From Amoebophrya sp. A120 (Eukaryota; Protista; Dinoflagellata), in assembly GCA_905178155.1 (NCBI GenBank), contig CAJINV010000002.1, forward strand, positions 11,472,591-11,536,590: 64,000 nt of DNA. Direction: 5' to 3'. Positions 25,001-37,783 of the stretch are shown here, one piece after another. Under the pieces are notes generated by a model. It was given only the letters and a program-made list of their open reading frames with translations. It had not been told where the DNA came from and ran no database searches. Made by a program: the position numbers and the translations under genes. The first letter of the stretch is position 1, and every line of letters starts with the position of its first letter.

Positions 25001-28000
25001 ACTCGTCAGAAGAAAGCGAGAAGCTGCTGGTGGTGTCGCTGCTCTTGCCAGAGCTTGTTCCACGGAAGAGCAACTCCTCATCCGAATCGGAGGCAATGTC
25101 TCTTGCAGGCGAGGACTCAGCCTTCCCGTAAAGCCGCTGCAGCTGTTCACGAAACGCCCGCCGTCCTCCGGGGCGAAAATTCTTGTTTTCGGAATCTGCA
25201 GAAGATGACGAGGAAGAAGTAGACGTTGACGTGGCGCTGGCGCTGCAGTCACTGCCATCGCCGTTGGCCGCTTCGTCCACCGTAGTGCTCATGTTCGTGG
25301 TAGTGGTCGAGGTACGAAAATTTTTCTGCGAAGAAAGTGGCTTCGGCTCAGTCGAGTTCGCGCCACAAACCGTCTCTTGATCTTGAAGGAGAAGGAGTCG
25401 AACATCGGTAGGCGAGATACAACCCGGAGCAGCAGACACATGACGAGGAGAGAAGTTCTGATGTGAATCTAAATGTAAATTGGCTGCCGGTGGCACTGCT
25501 GCATCGGTCCTGCTTGCAACAATCGATTTCAGCTCTGTGTCCGATGTGGGGGCGCTTGATGATTCTTCAGAGGCCGAGGACTCAATGTCCATGCAAGTGT
25601 TGTTGTCGTCCCTGCTTCCACCGTCGCCCTTCATCACCATTCCCCCGGGGCGCTGTTGATCTCTGGGGCCGATGTTCTTCTTGCCATTGTCTCTTATGCT
25701 AGGGTGCCAGCAGTTAAGTGCGTTGCACACTTTTTTCAACTTCACCTTTAGCCTCCGCCAGCGATCGGGGACCGATCGAACCTTTCTCCGTACCACCTTC
25801 CTGTCCTCCGTGAATGTCGTCCGGTACTCGTCCTGCCTTCGGCCGAGTTTTAGTAAAATTGCGTCCCGTTTCCGCCTGCTCATGGATCGAAATTTGTGTT
25901 CGCGCAAATTCTCCTCGACATTTTGCACGAGGTTGCCTTGCCACAAGTCGTCCAGGACTCGTGCGGGAACGCCCATGTGAACTTTGAGCTGCCGCAGTGA
26001 TTCGGTCTTTTCTGCCATCCAGTCCGCTGGTGGATAGAGCAAGGCGAGTTCGGGGTTGCCTTTCAGTAGCGCTGGGTGCGGCAGCAATGTGCTTCGCATT
26101 CTCAGCTGGTCCTCACGGGTACAAAGTTTCAAATTCAATGTCTCGCTCGCCCATTCTTTTCGCGTAGAGATCGCGCTTTCTCCATCGCCAGTCGTCGCGG
26201 TCGTAGAGTAGAAAATTTCTGCCAGGTGCCGACACTGTATTTTGTTTTCCTCGGGGCGTCTCCGGTATCGATCAAGCTGTTGGCGCTGCGCGATTTTTGT
26301 CCTGACCTTTCCGACCGTTAACTGCCACATGTGGGGATCGTGTTGCCAAGGGCGATAGTCCGGCGCATCAACCGCAAAGCTCGTCGCGATTTCTACTGCA
26401 GCATGTTCATCTCGGCATTCAAGCTTCTTGCGTTCTCGCTTGTGACGGGAGGCGCCAGCGCCAAGAAAGGCGGTAAAAGGACGAGCATGGTGATGGTCGA
26501 CGATTTCTTTATCAACAGTGCTCGCCCTGGCTGTGCCAGCCTTAGCAGAAACTTCACCACCTGTGCTCGACTTGTAGGACTGTGGACCCAGCAAGCCCAA
26601 TTTCTGTGCCTTTATCCTCCGGAGGGCGTACCTCGCTGAAGTCAAGAGAAAGCCCTGCTCCACGGTTTGTTTGTGCTTCGCGAGGCGGGCAGAGCGATGC
26701 GCACAAATTTGCTTTTTTTCTCTCGCACGATTCGCTCCAGATCTCGTTTTTCGCAGCTGCGTCTGCAAAGCGGATAGGGACAACAGACTTTGCGGCAACG
26801 ATCGGGCAACTTGTCGATAGATCTTTCCTGCTTGTCGCATCGGCACCCCCTGGTCGTGCCCCACTGGAGATATTTCGAACGAAGAAGTTTGTGACGGTAA
26901 TATCGGCGTCGCTTGTTGCAACAATTGGCCAGTACTAGCGCAAACAGTTGCGGTTTTGCTGCAGTAATCCAATTCCCGCTGCAAGTGTTTTCGTCCCGCT
27001 CTTCGCTTCTTCTTGAAATCGGAAAACGACTTGGTAGCGCAACTGATGCAGGTGCAGTCTGCTACCGTCACTGGACGTCCACGGTACAAGCGAGACCGCA
27101 CATCAGGTGGAAGGGCAACCGGCTTCGCTGCTTTCAGAATGGACACCTGCGGCGCGCGACAGTACGGTGGACAGACCGTCGGCAGTTCCGGACGATGACT
27201 CGGATTCGTCCGCAGAACCGACAGCAAAGAAGGCTGCACATGGTCGTAAGTAGACTTTTTCGTTGGCAGTAGACCACATGAAATTATTCTTTTAGCTGCA
27301 CCACCGGAGGAGCCAGACTCGTTGCTACCGCTTGACAGACTCGGTGATGACGGTGATGGACTTACCGTTTCACTGTCCGCTGCGCTTAGAATGGGAGCAT
27401 CGGGGTGGTACACGAAGCCCTCGACAATCACGTCTTTGTCCGCAGCTCCACCGAAAAAGGATTTTGTGCTGCAGCTCGTGTTGCTGCTATTGAACCGCAC
27501 GCATTGGCGCTGGTGCTTAGTTGCAACACTTCGCTCTTCTTGTTGATTTCCTCGTTGGTCAATGAGAAAAGGCCAAGGATCTCTCAGCGGCGGTGCCGGT
27601 CCGTAAACACGTACCATGTCTCCTGCGAGAGCTTCGACATCGTCTTCGTGCTGACTCCGAAAACCGCTTTCGTTCTCCCAGTGGTCTTTCTGCGCCTTCT
27701 CGCTTAGAGCGCGCAATATGTCGGCCCGGTACGTGGTGATATCGGCGGCCTGCACGGTGTCCAAGATGTCCGCCACGTTCTCCTGATACAGGACGGAGTA
27801 GGGCTCCTTTCCATTCTGATATATTCGCTCTCTGGTGAAGTAGTCGCCACCGCCGCGTTTTAAATGTTCGTCGTGGGTTCTTTCCGCGGCGTGCCGGAGC
27901 TCCTTGTCGACCCAAAGCTTTGTCTTTGCCCACCTCTCTTCTAGCTGCACACTGCGACGCCTAAAGGCTTCAACTTGCACCTCAAAAATCGCTGTGGCGT

Positions 28001-28868
28001 CCTTTTTTTCGTTGCGAAGGCGGTAGCTTCTCACTAGTGAGGCGGAGCGCGCGGCACAAAGATCACCTGACAATGGATTCTCCGCCGCAGCTTCTGCTCG
28101 GTCATCTCGGTGTTGATGGTGCTCGTGCTGGTGCTGCAGGTAATCAAGCCTAAATACCGTGTCATACCTTTTCGCGGCCGCAAATTCTTCTCCTTCCTTT
28201 TGGGCAGCGTCGAGAAAACAGCACAGCTTCTCGCGATGCTGGAGTGCGCAAGAGCCGGCGTATTCGTTTTCCATCGCTATCTCGGCCGCACTAAGGGTGA
28301 ACATATCGTGTAGGTGCCGGCCTTCCTCTTTCCTCCTCCTCTTTCTACTTGCAGAATTCGGTGGACGAGCAGGATCAGTTGTAGTTCCGTCCCCAATTAT
28401 TAAGTTCGAAGGCAAAGACCACGAGTCCCATGCCGAATTACACTGGTCATCGGGCCCATCCACTTCGGAGGTGCCAGCACTGGTGAACGAGACACAGCTA
28501 GTAGCTCCGACTTCGCTGGCGAAAAGAGAAACTAATTTTGCATTTTCGTTGGCAGCTTGTCCATCGACGGGGGCAAGGAATCGGAAGTCCGAAGGCAAGA
28601 AAGGCGCTGTGGGCGCCACAATTGCAGTCCCCTCCAAGGACAGGCAGTGCGTTGGTATGACCCGTGCAATTGCCAGTTGGTCTACCGCGGTCGAAATCAA
28701 ACAGCGCACCTTCTGACGCGAGAATTCCGCAGACAGCCGACCGGTGTTGAAAAGCGACTTGTATAGCGCTTCCGCCTCTTGCTGCTGAAACGCAGTTCCT
28801 ACAGCGCTTACCAGTGACGTCCCACCGGTGAAGTATGCACCTAGTTTTCGTTTTAGCTTCAGATTCAT
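22025..28868 (-). CDS. ~2102-aa protein of unknown function, interrupted by two introners
   Basis: ORFs 24819..28868 and 22025..24406 join through the micro-exon FRTKAQNKAAEPDRYLDNQGY once E5 (268 nt with TSD) and E4 (267 nt with TSD) are removed. 6309 nt remain (2103 codons). Confidence 0.8.
24323..24584. mobile_element. Introner E4 (family A, same orientation as E2): 262 bp, TSD TAGCC
   Basis: Colinear with and very similar to E2. TAGCC at 24318-24322 and 24585-24589. Excision gives NQG-YSDAS. Confidence 0.93.
24647..24909. mobile_element. Introner E5 (family A, same orientation as E3): 263 bp, TSD CGAAA
   Basis: Left end TATGGATTGCAAAAGTGTCTGGGTCTGGAAG; right end CTTCCAGACCCAGACATATTCGCATTTGATA. 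CGAAA at 24642-24646 and 24910-24914. Excision gives WKVF-RTKAQ. Confidence 0.92.
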
Positions 28869-28977
28869 TCCAGATCCACTACTATTGGTGCCTCTTTACT
28901 TTTCTCCATTGATTTAGAAAAACGACAGCAACAGACTAGTTCAGAAGTCGCTTGAAAAGCCACGCATGCCAACATTG

Positions 28978-30081
28978 TTAGAATTTCTGAAGATCTGTAC
29001 CTCGCATACTCAGGAGCGGCCGTTTCTCCTGAGCTCGCAAATGGCAGGCTTCTGTAATTGCTTTCCTGAACACAGCATCTTCATCCCCCATGATGCCCTT
29101 TCCTAACGTATTCTGGCTTCCTCGTGGCGCGCCCCCGTTAGTACTCAGCCCCATCCTTGTCCCAGGTGGACATGAGGAGCTACTGGAGGGCGAAGTTCCC
29201 ACGAGAAGTTGGCTTCGCGAGGACGGCGAATCTGAGCTATCGCTACCGCTGGAAGGAGATGAGGCGCAATCACTCTCGCTGCTTGGGAGCGAAGACCCAC
29301 TGGACGGCGGAGAGTCCGAAGTGGGGCAGGAAAGGGAAAGCGCGCTCGTAGTATAAAAATCCGGGAACGACTTACTAGCAGTCGGTGACAAAAATGCCGG
29401 AAGGGCGACACCAGGGGCGGCATTCCTTTTGCTCTGCTGCTTTTTTCTACTAGCTTGACGATGCGATGTTGCTGCCTTTTCTGCTGCCGGGACGCCAAGC
29501 CTCCTATGATGTGTCTCGTCGACTTTACGCATTGCGGCCTTGCTTCTTGATGTCGTTGTCGTGGCGGAATTTGTAGAATTGGGTGCTCGCCGCGACGTGG
29601 GATTAACACCAGACTCACCGATGATCACATCTCGTGGACCACCTACCCCGTTGTTTAATTGCTGCTCAACTTTGCAACGATCAGCATCTTGCCTCTCCGA
29701 TGTAACTATAGGACCATTCGAATGATGATCCCCGGCGAGGGCGGCTTCCCGTCGTCCGCCACCATCACTTCGCAAGCCACGAGAGAAGTGCTGCTTCCAA
29801 TTCTGCTTCCATGTCGCTGCTTCGCCGGACCTTTCCTGTTGCTGGCTCTTGATTCGGCGCTGATTCTCTTCGCGCCGTGCCCTCGCACTGTCGAAATTCT
29901 GCTCGCGACGTGCTGCAAGATTTTCCCGTTCCTCCTTTGAATCCAGCATGGCACACAATAGGTCGGCGTGCCTGATGGCTTCCAGAGTACAGCGGTCACG
30001 CTCGTTTTGGTGCCCGAAATGAACGACCTTGCGAGTTGCCCTGCACTCGCTAGGCGAGGTCATCTCGTCGAGTTCCTGCAT
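28978..30081 (-). CDS. 367-aa hypothetical protein, Ser-rich
   Basis: Single ATG-initiated ORF on the coding strand; no recognisable domain. Confidence 0.6.
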   Translation of the reverse strand: MQELDEMTSPSECRATRKVVHFGHQNERDRCTLEAIRHADLLCAMLDSKEERENLAARREQNFDSARARREENQRRIKSQQQERSGEAATWKQNWKQHFSRGLRSDGGGRREAALAGDHHSNGPIVTSERQDADRCKVEQQLNNGVGGPRDVIIGESGVNPTSRRAPNSTNSATTTTSRSKAAMRKVDETHHRRLGVPAAEKAATSHRQASRKKQQSKRNAAPGVALPAFLSPTASKSFPDFYTTSALSLSCPTSDSPPSSGSSLPSSESDCASSPSSGSDSSDSPSSRSQLLVGTSPSSSSSCPPGTRMGLSTNGGAPRGSQNTLGKGIMGDEDAVFRKAITEACHLRAQEKRPLLSMRGTDLQKF

Positions 30082-31048
30082 CTTTTGTTTTCTTTGCGTG
30101 AGTGTGACCGCGAAAAAATCACAGCCACCACATTGTAATGATCATCTTTCCAACAGCAGATCCAGATGTCTGTCCTCGTTCCAAAGAATCACGCATCTGC
30201 AACTTAGGCAGGTGATACGTCACACACAACTACGTCTACGGTAATTGTTTGTTGTTGCCGATGAAAAAGTGCGTCATCTGGAAAAAGAAAAAATGAGCGA
30301 GTTTTATTTACCTTGGTTAACAAACAGTGTGATCGAGCTCAAAGTAGATCTAGATGACCATCGAAAGCAAAAAGATGAATAAAGCGCAAAGCATGATCAA
30401 GGAGCGGGCTGCGCTGGTGTACAACGCGCTTACTTTCTTGTTTGATATCAGCGGCCACCCCACGACGCTCGCCACTATGTTGCGCGCTTCGGGATCGAGG
30501 TCAATAAGCCAAGCTTCTCGAAGATCGATGCAGAAAGAGACAAAACTTCTAGCAAATCAGTAGCCGTGCGCTGCAGAAATGGATCGAGAATCTTCTCTGT
30601 CGTTGAACACCATAATCATCTGTATTAGTATCTACGCATTGCAGATACGGTGCAACAGCATCAAAGTGTAGCAGCATATACGACTTCCATAAAAGGTCGC
30701 AATATTTATTGTTTTCGTACGCTCAAGAGCCAAAGTGTTGCAGATATTCTCAAGCAGGTGGTGTTCAACATATGTGCAAGAGTCGATATCAACTGTAACC
30801 CAGCAGCAATATCGGTCTTCTTGTTCTGGAATCAATTCTAGTATACTCAAGAGTGCAAGAATCATTGTGAAGTTTTGCGAAACTCAACCGCGATGTGACA
30901 CACGTATTATCTGAAACTTCATATCCTACATTTACGCTTTTGTTTTTGCCTTGCTCTGTTGAAAAAAATCAAAGCCGCCTTCAATGCTATACAAATCACA
31001 TCGCATCCAAAGTAAAGGTAGTCCACCTCCACGTTCGCAAGCTTGTTT

Positions 31049-32506
31049 CTACAAACGAAACGTTCCGCGGGTTCGAGACGCCAACTGCGCTTTGGCCTTT
31101 GCAGTTTTACTCCCCGCTTTTTTCGGCTTCGGGCCCATCGCCTTTGGCAACATTCCGGCATCCTGGATCTCGCTGAATTTTTCCAAGTCGCCCATGGCGT
31201 CTTCGGGTACCTCGTCAACCTGATCCGCATAGACTTGAAAGTCTTGCTCCGCCGGCTCGGGTGCTTCTTCTGGCGGAAGATCCTCTTCGGCTTCTTTGCC
31301 CGTTTTCTCGTCGTAGTGCCGCAGGACAGTGCGCCCGCGCGACCCCGGCATGAGACAGAAAAATTCTGCCTTACCTTTTCCATTGATATCCGGCTTGGTT
31401 CCGGCTTTTTCCGCCTGCATCTTCCTGAGCCAGATCTCGTCTTCATCCTCCGGCTGCCCCGGCACGACCGTGCGCCCGTACTTCTTCCCACTCAGCCCCA
31501 TCACCTTGGTTGCTGTTTTGCGCTGCTGGAGGAAGAACCCCGTGCTGCCACCGACGTCGTCATCACTCGACTCCGCGTCCTCATTCCGCTCCAAACGCTG
31601 GTCTTTTGCTCCCCGCCACGTCCTTTCTCTCGAAAGCAGCATCTGCTGGTCCGCGAGAACTCTTGCACGCTCTTGCTTGATCGACTTCGCCTCCTTAATT
31701 GCGCCCCTTTTCAGGTGCAGCGGAATGGGCGGCGTGATGATCATTTCGTTCACCATTTTCGCGATCTCTGACGGTGATTTGTTCTTCCCCTTTCCCTTTG
31801 ATGATCCGGCGGTCCCTGGCCTGCTGGACGATAATTGTTGTTCACCGGTACGACCACCACCATCACTTCCAGAAGAGGTTGACGAAGTACTTCTTTTCCT
31901 AGCACTTCTGGTGGTTTTTCCCGATGAAATTACACTCGTCGTGGCTCCACCACCTCCGTGCTTCCCCATGCCCTTCATGACCGGCATTTTCCTCTTCGGT
32001 GACGGCGACGATTCCGAATGCGTCAGCAGCTCGGGCTGCGCCAGCCCGTAGCTGCTCGTGACCGGCCCCACGGTCGCTAGCTTCTCCCGCATGCGCTGCA
32101 GCGCGTGCTCGCGGAACATCTTCTGCCGGTGTCGCATCTCTGCGCCTTCCTTGTCCAATTTCTCCAGCTTATGCTGTGCAAAAGTATCGTACTAGTATGA
32201 ATTGCATTACAAATTTTTTCAAAAAGAAAAGCCCAATTTGTAATGCTGATTTGCCTATAGATGGGCAACTTGTCATGTATATCAAAGGAGCAAGTGAATC
32301 ACTTTCAAAAGAATCATAGGGTCGAAAAAAAAAAAATTCGGAGCGTCCCCAACTTCCGTAGCGCCTGCAGCTTTTTTCCCCGCGCCAGACACAGCTGGTC
32401 GGTAGATTGCAGTGGGCGAATGCTTGAGAAGGCTACGACCAAAAGCCCCAGGCGTCGCATTTTGGTAAGGAGAAGGCTGCGAGATGTAGTGCGCAGAAGA
32501 TGCCAT
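31049..32506 (-). CDS. Hypothetical protein, probably two exons
   Basis: 369-aa ORF 31049..32158 preceded by the acceptor TTTTGCACAG. A probable first exon MASSAHYISQPSPY starts at 32506. Confidence 0.6.
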
Positions 32507-32635
32507 AGAAGATACCCCAAGACCAGCCCCAAAGCATCATACCGTGGTGCATAATGCTACCCCGCATGGTGCTACTGGCGCACTATTCTTACTTTTGCCC
32601 TACTCTACTGTTACCAAGTGGCAGAAGTGGAACAG

Positions 32636-32969
32636 TGGAGGTGTAATCACTTGAGATGAGCAGCCTGTTTCAGACGAAAAAAAGCCAAACCCACTTGATA
32701 TCTGCTAGGGTGATTTGACGCGAAAAAGACGTGTTTCGGGCATCAATTTGATGCCAAAAATCGCGGCTTTTTGCAGGGGTGATTCAAGCAGATTCGAAGC
32801 GGGAGGAGTCAAATGAATCATAGGGCTAATTGATAGCTACAAAACGCAAGGTGATTACACCTCTTTTTTTGCTTCGAAAAAGATGAATTTTTGGCAAAAG
32901 TTGAGCTTTTTTCAGAAAATCCGACACCCTCGGGACGCTACGCCCGACGGTATGGAGGTGTAATCACTT
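32636..32969. repeat. Three copies of GAGGTGTAATCAC (two direct, one inverted) upstream of a gene
   Basis: TGGAGGTGTAATCACTT at 32636-32652 and 32953-32969. Inverted GTGATTACACCTC at 32851-32863. Confidence 0.75.
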
Positions 32970-33297
32970 CATTTTTATGGTGTCGCTTTTCCTATCTTTA
33001 GCAATGGGCTTGTGCTTGGTATTTTGGGTTGCGAATGCTTCCCCCGAGTTGTTTGCAAGCTATTCAGGCGCGATGGCCCCAGCGTCCACTCATGGCCATT
33101 GCGTTCGTCCCCCGTAGCCACCAACCAAATAGCGCAAACCTTATCGAGAAAGGCGCGACCTTCCTGAGGAGCGTCGCTGTGTTTCAGGTTATTTGGTTGT
33201 ATATATTGGGCGCTTCCTTATGCGTGCGAGCCGGGCCATGCACTGCGGTACTTGGAAAGTTTTTTTTTTCCGTATGGTGATTCATTTGTAAGGTGAT

Positions 33298-35486
33298 TCA
33301 TTTACCCCTGTGATAATGTATAATTGCAATTACTAAACTACGAGTACGATACTTTTGCACAGGATACAGCTGCTTCAAGTACAACACCGACCCTACATTC
33401 CAGTCGAGCTTCAGATTGCGGTCGTCGAAGCCCGAGACGGTGTTCCCGTACATGTCGATGGCGGCGACGTCGTCTGGCGGCTTCAGCACCACGCGCCCCG
33501 TGCGCTGCTTGGAGAACTTGCAGCTATCCGGCCGCGGAACCGGCACCCGCCGCTGCCGCGCGGTGCTGCTTGTGGCGGCGGCTTTTGACGTTCCGACGAC
33601 CAGTTCCTCTTGCGGTTTGGACGGGGAGGAACTATTCTGGTACACCGTGTTCAGCAATTCCGTCCGGTTCATGAATGCACTGTGTGGTCGGGTCCTCGCC
33701 CGTCCTGGCGCGCTTCCCGTCTCCCGGCTGCCGAAGTGCACGCTCCCGGGCAGGTCCGCGGGCGGCATATTGGCGGTTGCCTTCACGCACCTCGTCAAAT
33801 TGTTCGGACGGTGGTCCTTGGACCTTTCCGTAATGCCGTGCTCCGGGGAGGTTGAGCGCTCCGGGGACAGCGTGCGGTTCGGATCCCGGGTGTCCGTGTT
33901 GTAGACGGCACTGTCGATCACGCTGGTCGGGCCCTTGTGGTTGGCGAACGCCACACCGAGTTTCGGATTGCGCGTGAACCGAGACGTGGAATCCTTTCCC
34001 GCTTCGTCATAAGTGTTGTTGAACATAGAATCCCGATTCTTTACCGCTGCAGACTCCATTCCGCGAGATAACGTTGCCGAAGGATGCTCCGGCCCGGGCG
34101 GAAAAAACGGGTTCTCGAAGCCCTCGGGTAGCAAAACCATGTCCGCTAGCATCGAAGGGACCTGCTCTGCATTCTCCACGTCCCGCGTGTTCATTTGCAG
34201 AGCCGCGGAAAACGCCTGAACGTTTTGATTGCGATTGCATACGGTTTTTACGGCAAAAATACCTTCTTCATTTTCATCAAAAAAATTATAGATTCATAGC
34301 ATGAAGATCGTCGACAGAATACAGAACGGCATGGGAGGCGTGGTTAAGACTTGTTACGTCTAATTCGTATCTCCACAGTACCTTTTGGTCTTGTATCATT
34401 TCCATGTGTTCTCCAGCAACAGCGCCGCCATTTGAAAAGTTTCCGCCGAAAACTTTGCTGCTCGGGCTCAGATCTCCCCCCACACCAAACGCCGCTTCGG
34501 CAGAAAATGGTCGCTGGTTCAAAGCCAGAGAGCCCATTTGGTACGGAAAGTTTTTCCCCAAACTATCACTCGGAAAAGCTCCGCCTGCCACGTTGACCGT
34601 GGACGATTGGGGGCGGCTCGCGTTTTTCTGCGAAGCCGGCGTGTAGCCCACGACGCCCGAGGTAGCCGAGTACGCGGCGGAATGCGGCCGAGCCTCCTTA
34701 TTTTCGGTCGCGCTGTACTGCACCGCACGCACCACGCGGTTTGATTGGGGTCGCGCGAGCGGTAACACGGTCTGTAACCGAGGGCGCGCGGTGTCCGGCC
34801 GGGGGTCGGACGGACCCGCGGTGCTCTGCTTGACGCCGGCTTTGTGGACGTCAAACTTTGGGACCGCGAGACCTGTGGAGGTGGAGGACCGGGATTGTAC
34901 AAAATGAAAATACTTGGTCTGTCCCTCGCGGTCTTAATTTTGTGTCATGCACACGATGTGATAGATGAGAGGCATGAAAAGACAAACGGAAATAAAGCAA
35001 CGAGTCAAAGTCCATCTTCAAGTATTGACATCATCTAGTACCATGGTTCTGATCGAAGTAGCTGTTTGCGGTAAGTGGACGCCCGACCTGCTTCACGAAA
35101 GCATCCAGGGTCCGCATGCGATCCCAGTCTTGCGGCACCCTGGAGATATTCAAGGTATTCTTTTTTCTCGTGAGTTAGGCTAATGTAATAAGAAAGTGCA
35201 ATTACTCTAATCGTAGACGTAGCTAGCAGGAGAAATCGCATAAGTAATTCATCTGCAGAAGGTCGTACATCTACATTCGCATTCCAACATCAAGACGACA
35301 AAATAAATGGACCGAAGAGCACAGATACTACACAAAAACTTACCTCCTTCCTCCGGCACTGGCAGCATTGCTTGGGTTCGGAGCCAGTTCCAGAATCGAT
35401 CCATCTCCGCCCGATACGTCTTCGGGAATGAAATCGAGGGGATTCATTCCCCGGTCGAAAGCGTCCATTTCGGCCGACTCTGCCAT
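33298..35486 (-). CDS. Multi-exon hypothetical protein with repeated RPxSA motifs
   Basis: ATG at 35486 (MAESAEMD). Three GT-AG introns give a continuous frame ...GGRR-VPQDWDRM...DQNH-GLAVPK...QDQK-AFSAALQMNTRD. The 3' end may include a further exon. Confidence 0.7.
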
Positions 35487-36061
35487 CTTTTCCAGTTCAA
35501 TCTATCTATGATTCAGCAACATTTCTGGTGCAAGAAATAGCTCCGCTATGATATCGTATGTAGTGGCCCTCGCACACCGGATCCTCCTCCTCGCGACGGC
35601 AACCAAATCATACTCATTTGATTCAAGCAACTCTTGGGCAGATCACGAGCATCTCGACTGACCTCTCGGCAGTTTTGTGAAGAGCGCCGCTCGACGAGTC
35701 CTGTAGTCTCGCTCTCATGTGGAAACGCAAACTTCAACTTGATGTTTTGTACCTGAGAGTGGCTGTTGCAAACGACGACGACAGCATGATCCACATAGAT
35801 GGCTGACGGAACCAGAATATGAAGAACGAAACGTGCATTCATCGAAGAACAAGAATTATCAATCTCAACGACGCTAGTTACAACTTTTGTGACTGTGATT
35901 TATTCGATGTACTCGTCACGATGCGCTTATTGTAATGTAAATGTAATGTGGTTTCTTCAACACAGCGGCGCTCACATCGATGTTCCATCCTTTGCATGAA
36001 AAGAGGTCAAGGCTCAACTTCATGCGCGTCCAGAAGCTGAAGCTAGGGGCTATAAACCACG

Positions 36062-37195
36062 CTAGCTGTCGTTTGTTAATGAGAATTCCTTTAGCCGGTT
36101 CATGAGCGGTGGCCGGCTCGGGTCCCGGTCCCAGGAGGAGTGTGTTACCTCTATTCTCTGTGACATCTTGTCCAGCGTCTCCTTCAGCATATCGGCAAAC
36201 TCGAAGGCCATCGTCTCCATCTTCAACGTCAGTGACCTGTTGCAGTGTACTACATGATGCGTCCATCTGCGCTTAAGTACTTAGCACCAACCAACGTGCG
36301 TCATGAGTCATGTGCAACGTCCGCGCTGTCTGAGTCTGGAGTAATGGACTTGGACGTGGTTGCGCATGACAAATCATATACTCATAGATACAGATACAAA
36401 CTGGAAAAACGAAAACTCACTAGATTCTCTTGTACTAGTGTACCTGATCTCCTCGTCCTTAGCGGCGATAATGTTGTCCTTTTCCACTGCGGTCTTCTCT
36501 ATTTCGTCTCTGACTGCCTCGATATCCGCTTTGGATTGCGCCACCTGGAACGGAAAGAGTAGATGCATGCCGATGCAGTGCCTTGCTGCACAGAAGGATT
36601 TTTGATTCTCATTCTCTTTCTCAGCAATACGCAAGCATGAAGTTCTCCCCGTAGCTGTGCCTACTTTTCCCTTGCGCCATTTCATAAATGATCATGCTGC
36701 AAAATAAAACAGCAGGAGTTCTGGCTATATAGTACCTGGACTTGCAGATCCTCGATTCGCTCGTTGAAGGAGTTTTGCATTTCCCGGTACTGTCGTTGCA
36801 TCTCACCGGTATTTTCCAGCGCTCGATCAGATTCCTGGTTAAAGCCCGTGTCCAGCTCCTCGATTGCTTTTTTGTGCGTCTCTTCGTCGCGCATACACTG
36901 TGCTATACTGTCGTCCTTTACCACTGTAGTGATTTTTGTTTCCAACAATGACAATCTATGTACTTGTCAACTTCATGTTCATGGAATCACATTGCATAAG
37001 GAGCTCTCATGGCGGTCCTCGTGTTGCTAATAAATTCTTTGCGCCTAAACACGAGCGTTCACGAAAAAATAATGAAATCGTACTTAATCGGTATTGCAGG
37101 ACTTCGAGCCTTTTCTGGAGCATCTTGTTCTCTGCGTCGAAATCTTTCTCGCCATCCCCGGCGGCGGCCTTCTTTTCTGCTTTCTTCGGCCCCAT
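36062..37195 (-). CDS. CCDC153/DRC12-like flagellar coiled-coil protein, 4 exons
   Basis: MGPKKAEKK start; GEMQRQYREMQNSFNERIEDLQ; EKDNIIAAKDEEIR; last exon KMETMAFEFADMLKETLDKMSQRIE...RLKEFSL. Matches my recollection of the CCDC153 family. GT-AG introns. Confidence 0.75.
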
Positions 37196-37783
37196 TGTTG
37201 CAGAACGCTATTCTTTTCGCCGCTCGAAGTCGCAGAGGTGCAGCTGTGCAACGTATCAACTTAGGTCGGACTGTGATTGCGAAGAAAAAGAATCAATGGT
37301 GCCCGGCAGAAAATGCACAGAGAACGACAGTCAGTTCGAGTAAAGGATCGTCCGGATGTTGACGGAAGCCGACGGACTATGTCCTCTCTCGAGTTGTCTT
37401 CGTGGTCACAGGGCCAAGAGCTTGCAACAGGTCCTGTTCCGCGGAAAGCTCTTCAACGTTTCGACAGGTACGTTCGCGATTTGCGCCGGCCTCCAAAATG
37501 TTTCTTCGCCCTGATACTGCAGAAGGGCAAGTGCTGCTTTAGCTTTAATATTCAGTTACAAATACTCACTTCTACCGCAACAGATGCTCGAACGGCCATA
37601 ACAAATGGAAAAAGTCTTGTTTCTCAAAATCTAATGCGGGGTAGGGGTTCGACGAAGGTAGCTGAGGGATCAGTTTATTTGAAATCGTGCTGCTCTGGCT
37701 ATCCTTCTTCGACGAAAGCAAAAAGAGCAAACTCGTCACAGAAAAAGGAATATATATGATCACTCTCTCTCCCCAGCAATACA

